62,495 nt of DNA, filler included, from Dirinaria sp. TL-2023a (GCA_051941275.1; 11 parts of 11 records of this genome joined end to end with filler, not necessarily neighbours in it), one strand, 5' to 3'; shown: positions 12,120 to 25,400, counted from the whole stretch's first letter. A program made the numbers and translations. The notes: generated by a model not told the origin, from the sequence alone.

Positions 12120-15100
12120 TCAAGAGGCAGGTTCCTGATCCCGTTGAGAACTGGGTTTGGTTTCGGGATTCTGACTTGGGGGTAGAGTCGAGGAGAGGTC
12201 TCGCACAATGACAGGGTCGTTTCGATGGGTATCAGGATGGACTTCTACACCTTCTTGTTGCTCAAGCGAAGAGCGACCGTGGTCTTGCGAGAAGGTTTGA
12301 TGGCTCGCCGAACCCTCATTGTCACGACGTCCTATCGGCGACCAGCCGGCGATACTTCCTGCGACCACACCAGCCATCGCTGCGGCTGGAGCAAATCCAG
12401 AATTCGAGCGGGAACGACCTCTTCGCCGGCCCACTGTAGACCTTCGAGAGTCTGGCGTCCGCGGCGGAGCTAGCGAGCTGGCGTTATCCCCGTGCTGATC
12501 GCCGATTGGAGTCGGAGGCATTGAGCTCGTGCGCGATCTCGACCCGCTGCGAGATCGTGCGAGCAGTGTTTCACGAGGATGCTGCAATTTATAGACGAGC
12601 ATGTTGAGGCGGCCACCCCTTAATGTCTTCAACAGGCTCAATTCTTCTCTGATTTCGACCAATGCCGGATTCCAGTCGAACTGTAGCTCTTCATCGGAGA
12701 CAAAGACTTGCGGCTTGGCGCGACTGTGCAACCACGACGGGACCAATTTCCGACACCATTCGTCTGGTATGAAGCGCAAGAAAATGGCAAGAGGTATTGA
12801 TAGGAAGCCGAGCAAGAGAGCAATACCCCATGCTGGTGCCCTTTGCCTCTCGACGGAAAATGCAGCCCCACCAACGAAAACGATCATGACCTGTCCGGCT
12901 ACGATCACGAACTGAATACCGATGAAGAACCAGTTCCGTTGAACGCCTTCGAAGATGTTGAGCCTGTTATCCAAACGCCGGTTGTTGTACTGATTGAAGA
13001 TCTGCATCCATACAAAGGTGTTGAAAATTAAGGTCTGCTTGTAGCGACCAGTGTAGCCGGTGATGGCGGTCCCAGCAAAATTGAGCACGAGAGTCACGAC
13101 GAGTTGATATATCGATTGACCAATAATCATTTTCCACATGTTTGTAGTGATCAGTGGAGCTGATTTGGGCTCCGGCTTGCGGTTGAGGATACTGAGCGTG
13201 GGAGGGTCAGTGGCCAGAGCAAGAGCAGCAAAGGTATCCATTATAAGGTTGACCCAGAGAAGTTGCACAGCAGTAAGCACCGATTCTTGATCGTTGCTGG
13301 CAACAGCAGAGATAAAGGTAAGAATAACGGCGGTGATATTGACGGTAACTTGGAACTAAGGAAAGATGAGCAGAACACTTGGAATTTTCTAGCGCATTTA
13401 GAGTTACCTGTAGGAACTTCTTCACAGCGTCATTGACAGCTCGGCCCCACATGATAGCCTTGACGATCGAGGCGAAATTGTCGTCCATCAGTACAATGGC
13501 CGAAGCTTCCTTTGCCACCTCAGTCCCCGTAATGCCCATCGAAAAGCCCACGTCCGCAGTCTTGAGCGCTGGAGCATCGTTCGTGCCATCACCTGTGACT
13601 GCAACCGTCTCACCCAGGTCTTTCAGACGCTTGACGAGGATCCGCTTGTCTTCTGGACTTGAACGTGCGAGTACTTGCAGTTTGGGGATGACCTCGTTCA
13701 TCTCTGATTTGTGTAGCTTCCGAAACGTTGGCCCTTCCATGATGACACCTCCTTCGGCATAGATGCCACATTCTGTAGCAATAGCCTTGGCAGTGAGTAA
13801 GTTGTCGCCTGTCACCATTCGCACGAAGACTCCAGCGGCCTGACAATCTCGCACAGCATCTGCTACACCCACGCGCAGGGGGTCTTGTATGCCGACAATG
13901 CCCAAGAACACCATTTTCCTGAAAACGCCTTTGAAGATGGCTTGCTTCGGGTCGTCCTCTTGAACAGGGACCCCTTTTGGCGGCCACTGCTCAAACTCCC
14001 TATATACGAGACCAATGGTACGCAGTGATCGAGAAGCGTACCCATTTATGATATCTTTGAGAAACTCCCTTTTATCTTCGCTGATCTCGACCTCTGTAAC
14101 ACCCTTGGTGGGATCCTCGACCAACCTTGAGCAATGTTCGATCATGATTTCCGAAGCTCCTTTCACAAGCATCCTGTACCGTCCGTTCTTACACTTCACC
14201 ACAGCAGCCATGCATTTTCTCCCAGAGTCAAAAGGCACAAATTGAACAACCTCCGCATTAGCTCGTTCCTCGTTGAGGGGGCCCATACCTAGATGAATTC
14301 TAGCGAAGTTCAAAAGGGCTGTTTCCGTCTTGGATCCAACAAAGTTCTCTTGGCCCTCGTCATCTCCTTCAAAAGCCGTGGAATTGATAGCAATCGACTG
14401 TTTGACATATTCCCTCACTTCGCTATCTAGTGTCGAAACAAAACTGCTCGTACGGCCTTCTGAACCTTCGTCTACTGACGGGGCTAACCTGCCCTTTGTA
14501 GGGGTTTCGGGAGAGTTGGCCTCGGAATTGTCCGGAGTTCTGCGGTCCCCAAAGCGAGCCGTCGCACCCAAAGTGCCAGCCACAACGGACATTTTGTTTT
14601 GTGTCAATGTACCAGTCTTATCAGAGCAAACGGTTGTAGCGTTGCCCATGGTTTCACATGCTCGAAGTAGTCGTACTAAATTGTTATCTCTGAGCATTCG
14701 CGTAGTTGCAAAGGCTAGAGCGAGGGTTACTGCAAGCGGTAATCCTTCGGGGACTGCCACAACCACGATGGTAACGGCGACGATAAAGACCTGAAGAAAG
14801 ACTTGACCTTTCTGCGAGGCACCTCCTTTGATGTGCGGTAGGTGGACCAAGAAGCGGATAAATACAGCGATGAAGAGGATCAGACCTGCGCCCAGCCCCA
14901 ATTTTGCAATATACTCGGCGAGAACGTTGAGCTTTGACTGCAGAGGGGTCGTTTGAGGGTCCTCTCGTAAAGACATCATTGTTTTACCGTAGCTCGAATT
15001 GACTCCGACTGAGGTCACCAGAAATGTACCAATGCCTTCTGTGACTTTACCTCCCGAGATGATGAATGGGTCCATTTTAGAAATACCCTGATGGCTGTCG

Positions 15101-16449
15101 AGAGCTGCATAGACTTCATCACTCGGATACTTCCTGATAAGGTCAGACTCCCCAGTGGCAGACGACTCGTCGCACTTGAGGTTGTGGCCGGAGATGAAGA
15201 CTCCATCTACTGGTATCATGTCGCCGGGTTCCAGATGCATGACGTCGCCAACAAGAAGGTCGAAGACCGATATTTCCCGTGACTTGCCGGATCGGATCAC
15301 CTTGACACTGCGATTTTCCTTCTTTTTGTTGAGCTTGACAAACTGACGCTCTTTCTGCCAATCGTTCGCTGCGCCAACCGTAACAACAATGATGATCGCA
15401 ACAATGATAGCCACACCCTCAACCCATTGAATGGATTCTCCATCTACTTTTACTATCGATTGGTAGATGCCGAGAGCCAAAGAAACTACGGCGGCCACCG
15501 TCAAGAGAATGATGACCTTGTCCTTGAAGGCCAGCCACGCGAGCTCGAAAATGCTCTTGGCCTTTTTCTCTGGCAAACGATTATCTTTGAAAACACGTTT
15601 TCTGTCACAGAACGAGTCCTCCGACTGCTGCAAACCCGTCGCAGACGTAGAAGCTCTGGTTAACGCGCGGTTTAAATTAGGTTTTACATCATAGTCTTTC
15701 CCAGCGGACACAGCCTGATCAAAGGGTACTGTGCCGTCAAGCTGTTTCTCATCAATGGACAAGCCTGCTAAGCGGTCGGTCCGTAGCCCTTTTTCAATCC
15801 CCCGTAGACCTCCCAATGCGTGAAAGGCCGCGAAGCTTTTCGGATTCAGCAGCTTGTTGAGCTGCCCGGGCGAGAACGCGAATCTGTTGTCCGGGACATC
15901 AAAATCGGCTTCGGTGCCTGGGTCGGCTGCCAAAGCTTCCTCATCATTCACAATGTTTTCGCTTCCCTGTGCAGTGCTGGATTGCCTCCCTTCGACGGAC
16001 GGCGCTGTCGAGGGAACGTGGGTGTCGCCGCTGTACGATGTTGGAGAGTGGCCGGGGTCATCGGAGTCGACGGAATTGCCCCTGGACCGGGTGTTGGGTA
16101 CGGATAAGAAATTGCTTGGCTGCAAGTCATTCCATTTGGAAGTGGGGGAGGAGATGTTGTGAGGGGATATAGGGTGGCTGTCTCGGCTCTCGAACGAGTG
16201 GGCGGGGCGCAGCTCGGCAGAAGGAGCATGCTCGGGTGAGTGGGTAGTGTTAGGATTAGCGTTCGCTGGTTGGTCGCCCTGTGATGGTGGTTGACGGTCA
16301 GAAAGCTCCTGCAGAGGAAGAGCATCTGTCTCTACAAGAGGTGGACTGACAGCAGAGGTGTCGATGGTTATGGTAGGTGCCCGCTGGCGGCGAGCGGTGG
16401 CGCCATGTGATGAAGGAGAGGTCCGGCCATCTTTTCCTAAGTCTGTCAT
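12120..16449 (-). CDS. PMC1: Vacuolar Ca2+-transporting P-type ATPase (type IIB, PMCA-like); intron ~13357-13407
   Basis: DESSATGES, PEGLPLAV, DKTGTLT phosphorylation site, MVTGDN, GDGTNDAPAL and LWVNLIMDT motifs. Confidence 0.93.
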
Positions 16450-17022
16450 TATCACGCCGAGGTATGTCTGAGCCTAGCAATGAGCGATAGTAAATAGTTG
16501 CCCCCCAGGATGCCGGATTGGGCGGCGCGAAGGTAAATAATGTGTGGGTGATACTGCAGTGCGGGAGAGAGGCAGGGCGGATTCGGATTCTCAGGTGTTG
16601 CGGGGGGATTTGTTTGCGCGGAGTGGTCTGAGGTTGTCAAAGTCGGTTGTTGCATCCAGAGAAGGTACGACCGGCGAGCGGAGCTTCAATATCACCAGTG
16701 AAAACCTGCGCATGGTTCCACGGGTCAGCGTACTTGCTCTCGACGCCACCGTCCCAGCGAAAAATCACGTCATTTGTTGTTGACGTTCTCAGCGGGCGGG
16801 TATGGGGACTGTTCCTGCTTACTGGTACATGGATCAAGCTCAAAGCAGGCTGGGAGTATAGCCAGAGCCTCCCTTGCATAGATTTGTTTTACTCTTTCTT
16901 TACCACAGCTTCCGGAGCCTTCTGAGTCAGGCAAACTCCCCTGGGCTGTGTGCCTTTGCCTCTGACTCGCCATTTGAGGGCCGCAGTCAGGGTACCGGCA
17001 TTGCGCGCGGGCGTTGGTAGGG

Positions 17023-17122
17023 NNNNNNNNNNNNNNNNNNNNNNNNNNNNNNNNNNNNNNNNNNNNTTAATTAATTAANNNNNNNNNNNNNNNNNNNNNN
17101 NNNNNNNNNNNNNNNNNNNNNN
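17023..17122. other. Artificial contig linker
   Basis: N44-TTAATTAATTAA-N44. Confidence 0.98.
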
Positions 17123-17529
17123 GGGTCTTTTGGCTGGGGCATGGGGCGCGCATGAGCTTGAGGAGAGGGTTGAGAAGTATGTTCTCCCTATTCCCTTCCT
17201 TTCTCCTCCTTAAAAAGTTTTCTCACATTTCTCGTTATCTTTTTTCGGGGTGTTTACTTACACGGGTATTAACTAGACATCGCCGTCGCTCTCGCTCTCG
17301 CTCCCGCAGCTCCCATGGTGGACATAAGAGCAGCATCGGCGGCCTGGTGGACGAGGGCAAGCGGAAAGTGGAGAATTTCCTCAACCCGGACAGTGCACGC
17401 GATAGAGACCGCAGGGAGCGCCGGAGCAGGAGGAGCGGTGGGTATGAGCGCGGCAGTCGAAGTTTGTCCAGGGGCAGGTATGATAGTAGTGAGGAGGAGG
17501 AGTATTATGAGCGTAGGGAGAGGAGGTAG
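17123..17529 (+). CDS. 3' fragment of an Arg/Ser-rich hypothetical protein (glycine-zipper-like GLLAGAWGAHELE before an intron ~17177-17275)
   Basis: Starts at the contig edge; GTATGT...ACTAG intron; RS-repeat exon ends at TAG. Confidence 0.45.
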
Positions 17530-18390
17530 ATTGGGGTTTTTGGTAAAGGGTAGGGGGGGTGGCGGCAGGTTTCTTTTTGTGGGTCGTGTATACATGGGAA
17601 AGGGAAGGGACAAGGGTGGAGGCTTTTTTTCTTTTCTTTCTTCTTCTTTTCTAGATTGATGGTTTGGATACGGGGAACGACTAGCGGGGGCAGAGTTTAT
17701 GATATACGGTTACCTTACGATGAACTAGACACGAAAAATTTAAATCACGATTCGCTCTTTTTTTCTCACTGTTAGAATCGGTGGGGCGCTACATGGTACA
17801 CCAAGAGAGTGATACGAGCTGACAAAGGGAAATGCTTAACAGGAATTGTTCCGACCGCTCGAACCTAGATTTGCGCAAGATGGAACAAGTAGAGCGGGCG
17901 AATGGCGTGCCAGATGACCGAGTTGCTGGTTTTTGTAGGGTTGTGGTATGGAAAAACTTAGCTACAGTGGTTGGTTGACATGCTGCGGAGTTTTAAAATC
18001 TTATAAAGGATGTCCAGTGTGGCTGCTCATCAATACCGGTATTTGCAAAGGAGCACCTCGAAGAACATACAAAGTAGACTAAGTTACTCTAGCAAGACAA
18101 AGACTACCTACAGTCCGTTATAGTTGCTCACCTTGATGTAGATACTTCGAGAGAGCTCGCTTCTCGTACTTTTCAAACCCTGAGAAAATGAGAACTACAG
18201 CCCAGCAGACATATATGTGTGCTTTTCTTCTCTTGTACACTGGATCAGCAACGGAGGCTAATCGCAATGCCTTCTTGAGCTGGTTGATCAGGAATGATGA
18301 GGTCGGAATCCAAAGTCTCCGTAGGGGTCTGCACAGTTTTTGAGAGACCGGCTTAGGGACAGGAATTGCTTAATAGGCCTATATCCCGGA

Positions 18391-19237
18391 CTAGAACCAG
18401 CCAAAGCTGCCGTCGAAAGCATATTCGCCAGTCAAGTCGCCGTAGCGGACTGACTCCAAGCTCGGGACCTCACCAGGCTTATAATACCCGAGCAGAGCCT
18501 CCATATCGGCTTCGTCCATTTCCACTAGGTCCTGAAGAGGCCATGCTTCGGAAACCTTTGACATCCTGTTCGTCCTGTAAGCCAAGTACATTGGTAGGAG
18601 GCGGCTACCGCACCATTGCATTCGCTTGGGGCTCTCTTCGGAGCCCGGCGCGATTCTTCTTAATTTTCTTCTTAACATGCCAACCTTCTGGATTGCGGCG
18701 CCAATGTTATCGGGTAAATTAGAAGCAATCTGCTTGCGCACAATGCTTGCGAGCTTTGGCCCGTTGCCATTCGTGCTCACCATTATCTGAAGCGGCCCGT
18801 CTCGATGGACGCTTCCAAAATAGAAGTCGCATTCTGGCGGTACGTCCGCGATATTCGCAGCGATTTTCTTTTCCTTGCACAGTTTCCATATTCTTGTTGA
18901 AGCTTCCGGGTCGTCGATAGCCGTCAATACCATGTCAACATTATCCAGGTCCGACTCCTCGAATTTGCGATCCACGAACTCGACCTCTCCCCTATCTACG
19001 CGGTAGGCAACTTCGTCGTTGAGACCGTTTCGAGGCGATACGACGGTTACTTTAGCATCCGCATTAAGCACATTCAGAATTCGCCCAGCAGCAACCTATC
19101 CCACTGTCAGTCCAAGTTTGCATAAACGAACATCACCATACTTCTCCGCCGCCCACCACAAGAACTCTTTTGTTTCTAATCTGCCATGCCAAAATCAGTG
19201 AACCACCGCCTTGGATAGCTGGGAACTCTTCAGGCAT
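18391..19237 (-). CDS. MET8: Siroheme synthesis bifunctional precorrin-2 dehydrogenase / sirohydrochlorin ferrochelatase; 2 introns
   Basis: MPEEFPAIQGGGSLILAWQIRNKRVLVVGGGE|VAAGRI NAD-binding motif; NIADVPPECDFYF; MVSTNGNGPKLA. Confidence 0.9.
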
Positions 19238-19446
19238 GTTTTGGTTGAAGAGATTAGATCCAAACAATCGGCATGTGAATGCGTGTGGCGATGAATGACA
19301 TAATCAAGATCTGATAAGCCGAGCCTTCGGGACGATCCCTCGGCTGCACCGCCTCGTGCTGCAGCACGTAAAGGACAGTCCTCCACTTAAGCTTCAGTAT
19401 TCAAGGCTTGGAGTTCAACTTCTCATGAAGACGGCGCCCAGCAACC

Positions 19447-21630
19447 ATGTCTGCACGAAAGCTCGGGGGAGGAAGGGTCTTAGGAAGCCGGAAGGGCCTC
19501 ACTCCTGCGGCGGCCTATCCACAGCGAACGTCCAGTCTCCTGTCCCCTTCCGCCAGCACCATCTCCGTAAACTCCACAGCATCCACGTCTCAACAGTCCT
19601 CTGATGCTCAGGACTTGAGCTCGCGCGTATCCTTGGATCAGAGCGATGAGAACAATGCTACATCCACAGACTCCCGGCTGGCTTGCCCAATATGCAATGA
19701 GGAGATGGTCAGAGTTAACCACAAGACTGCATTACCCACTACGACGACTGATTTTCCCCTTAGGTGACTTTACTACAACTAAACAGGTAATTTCGACGGC
19801 ATTTATGTCTATGCGGATTCTCATCATCAGTCAGACATCTCGATGACGCCCACAAAAACTTGGAAGAAGTCAAGCAGGATGAAGTCAAAGATTGGTTCAA
19901 GACGCAGATGGTCAAAGCAAAGCGTTTCCAGCCCCTGGCCGTTCTCAATCAGAAATTCAAGGGCCTTGATGTCTTTGAAGCGAACGAGCCACCTCCATCT
20001 CCCAGCCCGAGACCTTACGCTTCTACTCCCGAGCGGGCTCCTCAAGATCCCGACGAAGTCATTACCCGAACCCATTGGCAAAGACCTGGCCCTAACGATG
20101 CATGTCTTGATCCCGCTTGCGGGAAGCGACTCAATGCGACGAACGGCAAGATCAATTGCAGGAAGTGTGGGAAGCTTTTCTGCGAGGAGCATACGATGTA
20201 CCAAATGAAGCTTTCGAGGTCGGCGCAACACGAGCCTATTCGAGGCCTTTGGTGTAGAGTGTGCGAAACATGTTACAAGTCGAGAGCAGGCTATACCGAT
20301 CGCAATGGTTGAGCTTATGAACCATACAGTTTCCGCAAGAAGGCTGACAGATTGCAGGCCTTGAACAAGATTTGACCCAGGATTTTACGGCGTTCCGGCG
20401 GAAGACTGTGGATAAGACTCTGCTAGAGGTATCGAGGCTGGAAAAGCGCCTCACAAAACTTACGAATCTTCTTTCAAACGCTCCACCTGACCAGAGCCAA
20501 ACCAGCAGCGGCTTGCTCTGGCCGATCTCAGGTGCGAAAACGCAAAGAAAACAACTCGAACAGTCAATAGTGACATGGGAGGAGGATGCAACCATTACCC
20601 GATGCCCGTTCTGTCAGCAGGAATTCTCGAGCTATTCTTTTAGGCGGCACCATTGTAGAATCTGCGGCCGCGTGGTCTGTGGTGACCCCCTCACTGAGTG
20701 CTCCAAAGAGATCGGTCTCAATGTCGCGAAAGGTGATATTTCGAAATTTACTTACTATCTTTCAAGACTAACATGAGCAGCGCCTGACCAGACAATGGAG
20801 AAAGCTAGCGGTCACTTCGGAGTCGACATTCGAATGTGTAAAGATTGTAGGGCAACACTTTTCACCAGAAGGGACTTTGCTGCTGCACTGTCCCAGAAGC
20901 CTCCGGATTTGAGAGCGTACGAGAATTTGGTCCAATTCGAGAGAGGCATAAGGTCGATGCTTCCAAGATTCCAGCGCCTTCTCGTCGCTTTACAGTAAGC
21001 TTGCAACTTGATTTTGCACTGAACCATGCTGAGCGGAAGCTTAGAGACCCAGACAAGCCGCCCACACCTGCGCAGCTCGCAGAGGCTACAAGGGTACGCA
21101 AGCGATTGACAGACTCCTTTACCCAGTACAATTCTGCAGCGCGTCGATTACGTGATCTACCGACAGAATCTCCGACGCAGAAGCAACTTCAGAAAGCAAT
21201 CTTTCAGCAAGCTTCCAGCTTCTTACACATTCACATGCTTCCATTGAAGTCGCTACCTCAAGTCCTCAAACATGCCAAGCCCCATGGGACAGCATCCCCC
21301 CTGAAGTCCCCCGATGGCAGGCCTAATGGGGCTTTAGCGTCGATCAAGTTCAACGACGTGGAGATTGCATCCCAAACGAGTAGCAGCAGCGCTGTATCGG
21401 CGCTTGAAGCAGAGGAGAAGAGCCTTCGAGAAAAGCTCATCGTGTTGGAAGAGCAGTCATTCCTCCTCAAGGAGCAGATTGCAGACGCCAGCAAGCGAAG
21501 AAAATTCGACGAAGTCAGCAGCTTGAAACAGAATGTCGAGGACCTGGGAAGGGAGATTGATCAGGTGCAAGGGCAACTCGGTCAACTGGACTTTGCAGGG
21601 GCATACAGCGGGCAAGCATTAAAGAGCTGA
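19447..21630 (+). CDS. PEP7: Vacuolar segregation protein / rabenosyn-5 homolog (C2H2, FYVE domains, coiled coil); multi-exon
   Basis: CPICNEEMV..QLNRHLDDAH C2H2; NCRKCGKLFCEEH; FYVE WEED..CPFC..RRHHCRICGRVVC; C-terminal RKFDEV Rab-binding coiled coil. Confidence 0.9.
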
Positions 21631-22719
21631 ATTACGCCTTTCACGTGACACGATCTGGGTATGAGCATAAGATACGCAAACAGCGTCAAAGTAGGGTTAC
21701 TCTGATGAGACATTTCTTGGGCATGGATTTTATGCATCAGTCCTAAGCATTCAAGGGCGTCCGGTTTCGTCCAAGCACGAGTGCGCGCATTGTATAAAAA
21801 ATCGAGACTCTTGTGGTCGCGTATGTATCGCACCGCGTACTGTGTATATGAAAATCATCTATGGAACTCATCATTTGTGCAGTTGGATTCTCTTCAAAAT
21901 GGGCCATTGTGACGGCGAAAGGACAGGCTCAGATCAGAAATCGAATCCCAAGGTCGAGTTCCTATCCGTCGCAGATTGCTGAGGATTGAAGTTTACTTGC
22001 TGCATGATTCGCTAGTGGACTGGGGGAGACTAAAGGCTCAGCCCTACCACAAGCGCCCAGGCGAGCACGAATAGTCCAATAGAAGATGAGACACGTCGCG
22101 CGGCAGATACTCCAAGAGCCAAGCCTTGACCTTGAGCCTCCATGCAAGCAGCATCAATCAATGCTTTCCGACCATGATGAAACCAGCATTCATCCAGGTC
22201 TGCTTTGACCGCATCATTCTTTCTGCTTCCCATACGGCCCGATTTCTTGGCTGCATGAAGAACAGCAATGAACAGAGCAACCGTAGGCAAGCACCCTCAC
22301 AGCTCTGCTAAATGGCCAAGACGACCCCGGAATCAGAATGTTTACATACTCTCTCATGCTTGAACTACTGCCGTCTCATAATCAGTGCGTAGTAGTCTAA
22401 GGTCGGCGAAGCATGAACGCGATGATGCTGGAGGAATCGCATGGCTCGGTGCTGGATCGAAGCCCGTAGAGCGGCCTTCAAGCGCTTAGAGTCGTCATCT
22501 CATGCTTTCAAGATCCGTACAGTTGCTTCATATCCTACCATTTTCTCCTCGAGAAATAGATCTCTATCTTTTTGGAGTAGCCTTGTGGCTCTTTCTCTTT
22601 TTTCAAGTCTTTTAATTTCTGGCTGAGCCTTTCCATTAATGATCTCACCGCATCTTCTTCTTACGGCAGGCACGACCATTACATTCCATTCTAATTGCCA
22701 GCCGGACTTGGCCCATTAG

Positions 22720-22819
22720 NNNNNNNNNNNNNNNNNNNNNNNNNNNNNNNNNNNNNNNNNNNNTTAATTAATTAANNNNNNNNNNNNNNNNNNNNNNNNN
22801 NNNNNNNNNNNNNNNNNNN
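22720..22819. other. Artificial contig linker
   Basis: N44-TTAATTAATTAA-N44. Confidence 0.98.
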
Positions 22820-24599
22820 TTTGACCATGAAATCTCTCGACATCTCATGGATGCCATATGGATGCAAATCGGATGTTACAATTCGCCTCCGCGTATGCTG
22901 TCTGGTACCTCCCTTCAGCTTGACCGTGCGATCGAGTTCGTATCGCATTCAGCGCAATGCCATGTGGAGATAATCGCCAGTATCAAGCCAATCACAAGTA
23001 TCAAAGAGTTTTGGGATCTATTCAGACAGTACGCATGGGAGCTAGTTGAAGAGATATATACAGCAAATCCAGACTCTCAAACGCCAAATATTGTGCCTTA
23101 CACGACTCTCATCACGCGGGCCGGCCGGGCAATGAAGCTTCAAATCCCTCTCATGTCCAGAACTACGTGGTTGAGTAACCGAGAGCGCCTATCAGAGCTC
23201 AAAATCATGCAGATGGCATCCGCAGGGAACGATGCACAAGTGTCTAGAGAGTGCACAATCTTCTTCGGCAGAATGCGATGGTCAGTATTATTCATCGAAA
23301 ACCTATTGAGTAAGGCAATGGCCATATCTGGAGACGTTGTTGACGAGTGCATTTTTGATGCGGCGCAATCTACTAAAGAGATAGCGATGAAAGCACTAAA
23401 AGGACAATTGCGTCGATTGGAGAACTTACCATGGATCACTCAGCTCTATTGGAGCGCCATTAGGGCCGACGTGTTCAGTCAGTCAAGCGTACTTCACGAA
23501 GGTGTTGCGCAACTCATAGAAGCAGGCTTTGCACTTGTAGATGGACTAGACTTGCAAGAACCGCAGCTTCCGGGCTTAGAGACTCTCAATGAGAGGGACA
23601 AGGTACGTGTCAAGATTTCCGTGCAACGTCATATGACTCAAGCCGTGGAACAACGCATTATTCGAGGCAAGCTCTGCGAACCACTTGCGCAGGAAGCAGT
23701 AATGCAGCATCTCCGCAGCAATGCAGCATCTCCGCAGCAATCACACACAGCAGTATGAGCAAATGGTTCATGAATTCTTTGCAAGCCTCTCAATCGACAA
23801 CGAGGTTCATGGCACGATAGGCAAGGGCGCTGAGTATGTTCTCACTAGTGTAAGATTGCGGAATATGTGCTCTATTGTGCAGGTAGGCATGCTGACAATG
23901 GGGCAGAAGCTCGACAACTTCCTCCGACCGTCGGACGACCTGATTTCTCAGAATAGACGGGAGAGATTCATTGATATCTTAGAAAAGGCTATATACGTTG
24001 AAGGAGGCCAAGTCAAGCCCAACAAGGAGCTTTTCAGAGGTCATTACCTGCTCAGTGCACACCGAGCTCAGTCAGTAGAGTTCGATTCACGGCAAGGAGA
24101 GATCTATGCGTGGCTCGACAGGGTGGCAAATTCAGAGCACCCAACATTCTTGTTTACTTGACAGAATGAAGGACCAGATCTCGCATTCATACTCAGCAAT
24201 GGTTCCAAGCAAGTTCTTTGCGTAATTCAGGTTTGTATCAATGCACATGATATCTCAAGGTTTACGCTCAACTTTGGCAGTTCAAAACTTCGCCTGACAA
24301 GCATCAACCGGCAAAATTGAAAAAAAGCACTTGAGAAGCTAACTCAGGGCAGCTGGTGCCGTTCAGGCAAATTCAATGGCAAAATCATGTTCATCCATGT
24401 GTTGACCCATACGCGTAAGAATGTCAACAGAGATGAGTTTGAGCGGCGTGTTGTGGACTGTGCATCCAAGCTTCCAAGTCAGGATGCCCGAAATCGCTGC
24501 TTCTGTTACATCGACAAGACAAGCACGGATAACGTATGGGGTCGGACCTTCCATCAACTGCTCCTCGAGATGAAATGTCTAGAAAGGACTGGAAGCTGA
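22820..24599 (+). pseudogene. Disrupted Crinkler-like NTPase plus restriction-endonuclease-fold (PD..QxK) effector gene, 5'-truncated by the contig edge
   Basis: Motifs LSGTSL, FGRMRW, LIEAGFA, CEPLA, PTFLF*..GPDLAFIL..LCVIQ|FK; lesions: 19-bp duplication 23701-23738, TGA 24159-24161, frameshift near A-run ~24320-24327. Confidence 0.5.
23701..23738. repeat. 19-bp perfect tandem duplication (AATGCAGCATCTCCGCAGC x2)
   Basis: Seen directly; causes the frameshift between ORFs 22847..23758 and 23721..24161. Confidence 0.95.
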
Positions 24600-25149
24600 G
24601 CAGACTATGAGATATTGAGTAGTGCAAATATCTTCGCCACGGAGAGTGTTCCTGGAAATAGGGACGGAGTTACACGTTCCACGTTCTGGAACTCGCAGGC
24701 CTTAGGCGTCAGTAGCTGTATCAACGGGAGATGACGAAAGGCGACGTCGTCTGCAATGTCACGTATGTAATACGCAGCTGCGAAGCGGGCTCTGAGGCTT
24801 TGCCATGCCAGCACGTTAAGCGCGGAGCACAGCAATGACGGTCATGACAAGTGCAATAATGGCGAGCATGACGGCGAAAGTGGCCACCTCGAGGCATGGC
24901 AACGCCTGGCAATGATGCGCACACAGCGCACACGTCGATGGCGTGAAAGTTCCCGTAAGGAAGGACAAGCGCAGCAGAGCGACACCGGCTTATCTCTGTT
25001 GCTCTGTCCGTACGATCATTGCGCGGACAAAGGCGGGCTCTATTGGACAGAAACAGATCGCGAAGCCAGCGCGAGCCTGCGGCCAACCCATCCGACTGCG
25101 TCTCGGTCATCTATGCAACTAGAATCAGCAATTGATTACCAGCTCTGAC

Positions 25150-25400
25150 CTGCTTATCCGCGCCATCTTGGCCTTCACTTACCCTGGCGCATCAGCGTTT
25201 TGTGCCTGACTTTGACGCTTCCAACCATCTTTTCCCATAGCTGCGGTCGCAGCCTTTTTTTGCCGTAGGTTACTTTCTCGCCTGGACCATATCTCCATGA
25301 TTTATCATTTTGGCCTTCTTCATGATTGTTGATTTGGTCAATCTGCGTTTTGCTCTGTTGTTCATCCTGTTCTTTCGAGCATCGTTCGTGTGTGTACGAA
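25150..25400 (-). mobile_element. Degenerate C-terminal fragment of a pogo/Fot1-type DDE transposase
   Basis: Minus strand reads RMNNRAKRRLTKSTIMKKAKMINHGDMVQARK*..GKDGWKRQS..KAKMARIS, resembling the fungal pogo tail as I recall it (NNEAKxRRSTKSxVLGKAKVMSYEDLEEAR..GKRGRKRKS..AKVARMS); stops and a frameshift. Confidence 0.55.

Noticed and set aside
22630..22690. RACRKKKMR on the minus strand resembling the start of a Zn2Cys6 cluster
   Set aside because: The first Cys is missing and no second half of the cluster was found.
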